The notes below the pieces were generated by a model. The model was not told where the DNA came from, did no database searches, and was given only the letters and a program-made list of their open reading frames with translations. A DNA stretch of 64,000 bases from Klebsormidium nitens (taxonomy: Eukaryota; Plantae; Klebsormidiophyceae). The translations under genes were made by a program, and so were the position numbers. Positions 62,781 to 64,000 of this stretch are shown here, one piece after another (within the stretch, counting starts at the first letter, position 1; each line of letters opens with the position of its first letter). The DNA lies in NCBI GenBank assembly GCA_000708835.1, contig DF237408.1, positions 11,333 to 75,332 of the forward strand, written 5' to 3'.

Positions 62781-64000
62781 TGTTTCTACATAATTTTGCG
62801 TTTATCGTCGAAACCGCCGGGTTTGATGCCGCGCGCTCGGGCAAAATCACATTTAGCGACAGAATCTTGTGACGGGTCGTACCTCACGTCAATGCTATCG
62901 AACAGAATCTACAGCCATTTGAACAGCTCGTCGAAAATGAATACTCGGGACGTCTGCATAGGGCGAATGTTTTGTCGAAAGAGCACTCAATAAGTCGCCG
63001 GAAATACCTAACCGAGGCGCATTGCGGAAGTAGAAAAGGATTTTGGATTAACCGTAGAGTTTACGCACTTGGAAAACAGGTTAAATCCTCAACCAGATCT
63101 ATATTGACCCGGGTTGTCACTATGTGGAGCTGACCGATCACTTCAACGTGTTCAAACTTCAGCTTCGCATCCCCGGTGGTTAAAGTCGGTCCTTCGTTCC
63201 ATGCTTCCGGCCACCTTGGACAGCGTGGGTTAAGAGGCAAGTTCAGTATCACATCGTAGATTAGTTGTAGGAAAGCTAGGCTGTAGCGTGCCAAAGTTTG
63301 GAAAACCTGGCATATGCACCGGCAAAATCGTGCATATGGAAGCCTCAAGGTCTCACTAGGTAAGACTCCGCGGGGCTGCACGCGCGCTCAGTCAGGGGGA
63401 CCAAACACCACTGAAACACAGCGAACCATGATCCTCACCGTCCGATTAAAACATTTCCGAATTGACGGTCGCGATTGCATATTTTGGATGTCCCGAGGCC
63501 GATGCGGTCCTCGGTTGGTTTGAGGGAGGGTTAAGAAGACGGTTAAAAGAAGGTTAATGGCTTTTTGGCTGTAAAACCCACCTAAACCAGCCCTCTACTC
63601 CTCTTAAACGGCGCTTTGCCCGGACGCCAAACTTCGGGGTTTCGAAGGTCACCCTGTGTAGGTTCAATCCCACCAGATTCCGGTTCCGGGCCCGTTCCGG
63701 GCAATAAGCCGTTTGGCTGCTGGCACATGGTTCAGGTTGCCAACTTATCTATCCGGGGTGTTTGGTGAGTCCCCGTGCCGCGTCAAATTGAACTTCCGGT
63801 CATTTGGATCTCACATTAACAAAGTTCGAAGACAAAGTCTCAGCAACTAGCGATTCCCGTCTCGGATGCTCAATGAGAGAAAACACGAAACTCCAAGTGT
63901 TCCCCAACAGCAACAAGCCTCGAATTCCTGAAGAACCTGGTAACTTGCGCTTCCAATGTGACGGTTGGACAGGGTTTACACGCTGCCTGTCTACTTCACA

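Noticed and set aside
63390-63780. Weak inverted similarity (CCAAACACC / GGTGTTTGG) and GGTTAA repeats near the window end, as a possible MITE or telomere-like tract
   Set aside because: The match is too short, there is no target-site duplication, and the repeats are not a regular telomeric array.
1-64000. Prokaryotic defence systems, CRISPR arrays, rRNA/tRNA genes, operons
   Set aside because: The sequence is spliceosomal-intron-rich eukaryotic DNA. I saw no repeat-spacer array or recognisable structural RNA gene.

Overview
Eukaryotic, intron-rich nuclear DNA with GC-rich exons and GT(GAG)...(Y)nCAG introns. The gene content and style suggest a streptophyte green alga of the Klebsormidium type, which is an inference. 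Most ORFs in the supplied track are single exons or spurious antisense frames, so I rebuilt the genes by hand from splice sites. In order: a 5'-truncated P-class PPR gene (+); a DUF2358/SnoaL-like gene (-) head-to-head with a DUF819 membrane protein gene (+); a hemerythrin-fold gene (+) frameshifted by a 10-bp tandem duplication; queuine tRNA-ribosyltransferase (-) head-to-head with an AlkA/HhH-GPD DNA glycosylase (+); then a 27-kb cell-wall locus; and finally an unrecognised low-complexity protein gene (-). The cell-wall locus holds two convergent CESA/CSLD-like synthases that flank a secreted CBM+GH10 gene and a 501-bp PIF/Harbinger-type MITE. The best candidate for an undescribed system is this CESA-like / GH10 / CESA-like cluster. 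Its GH10 keeps both catalytic glutamates but has lost most of the conserved sugar-binding residues.
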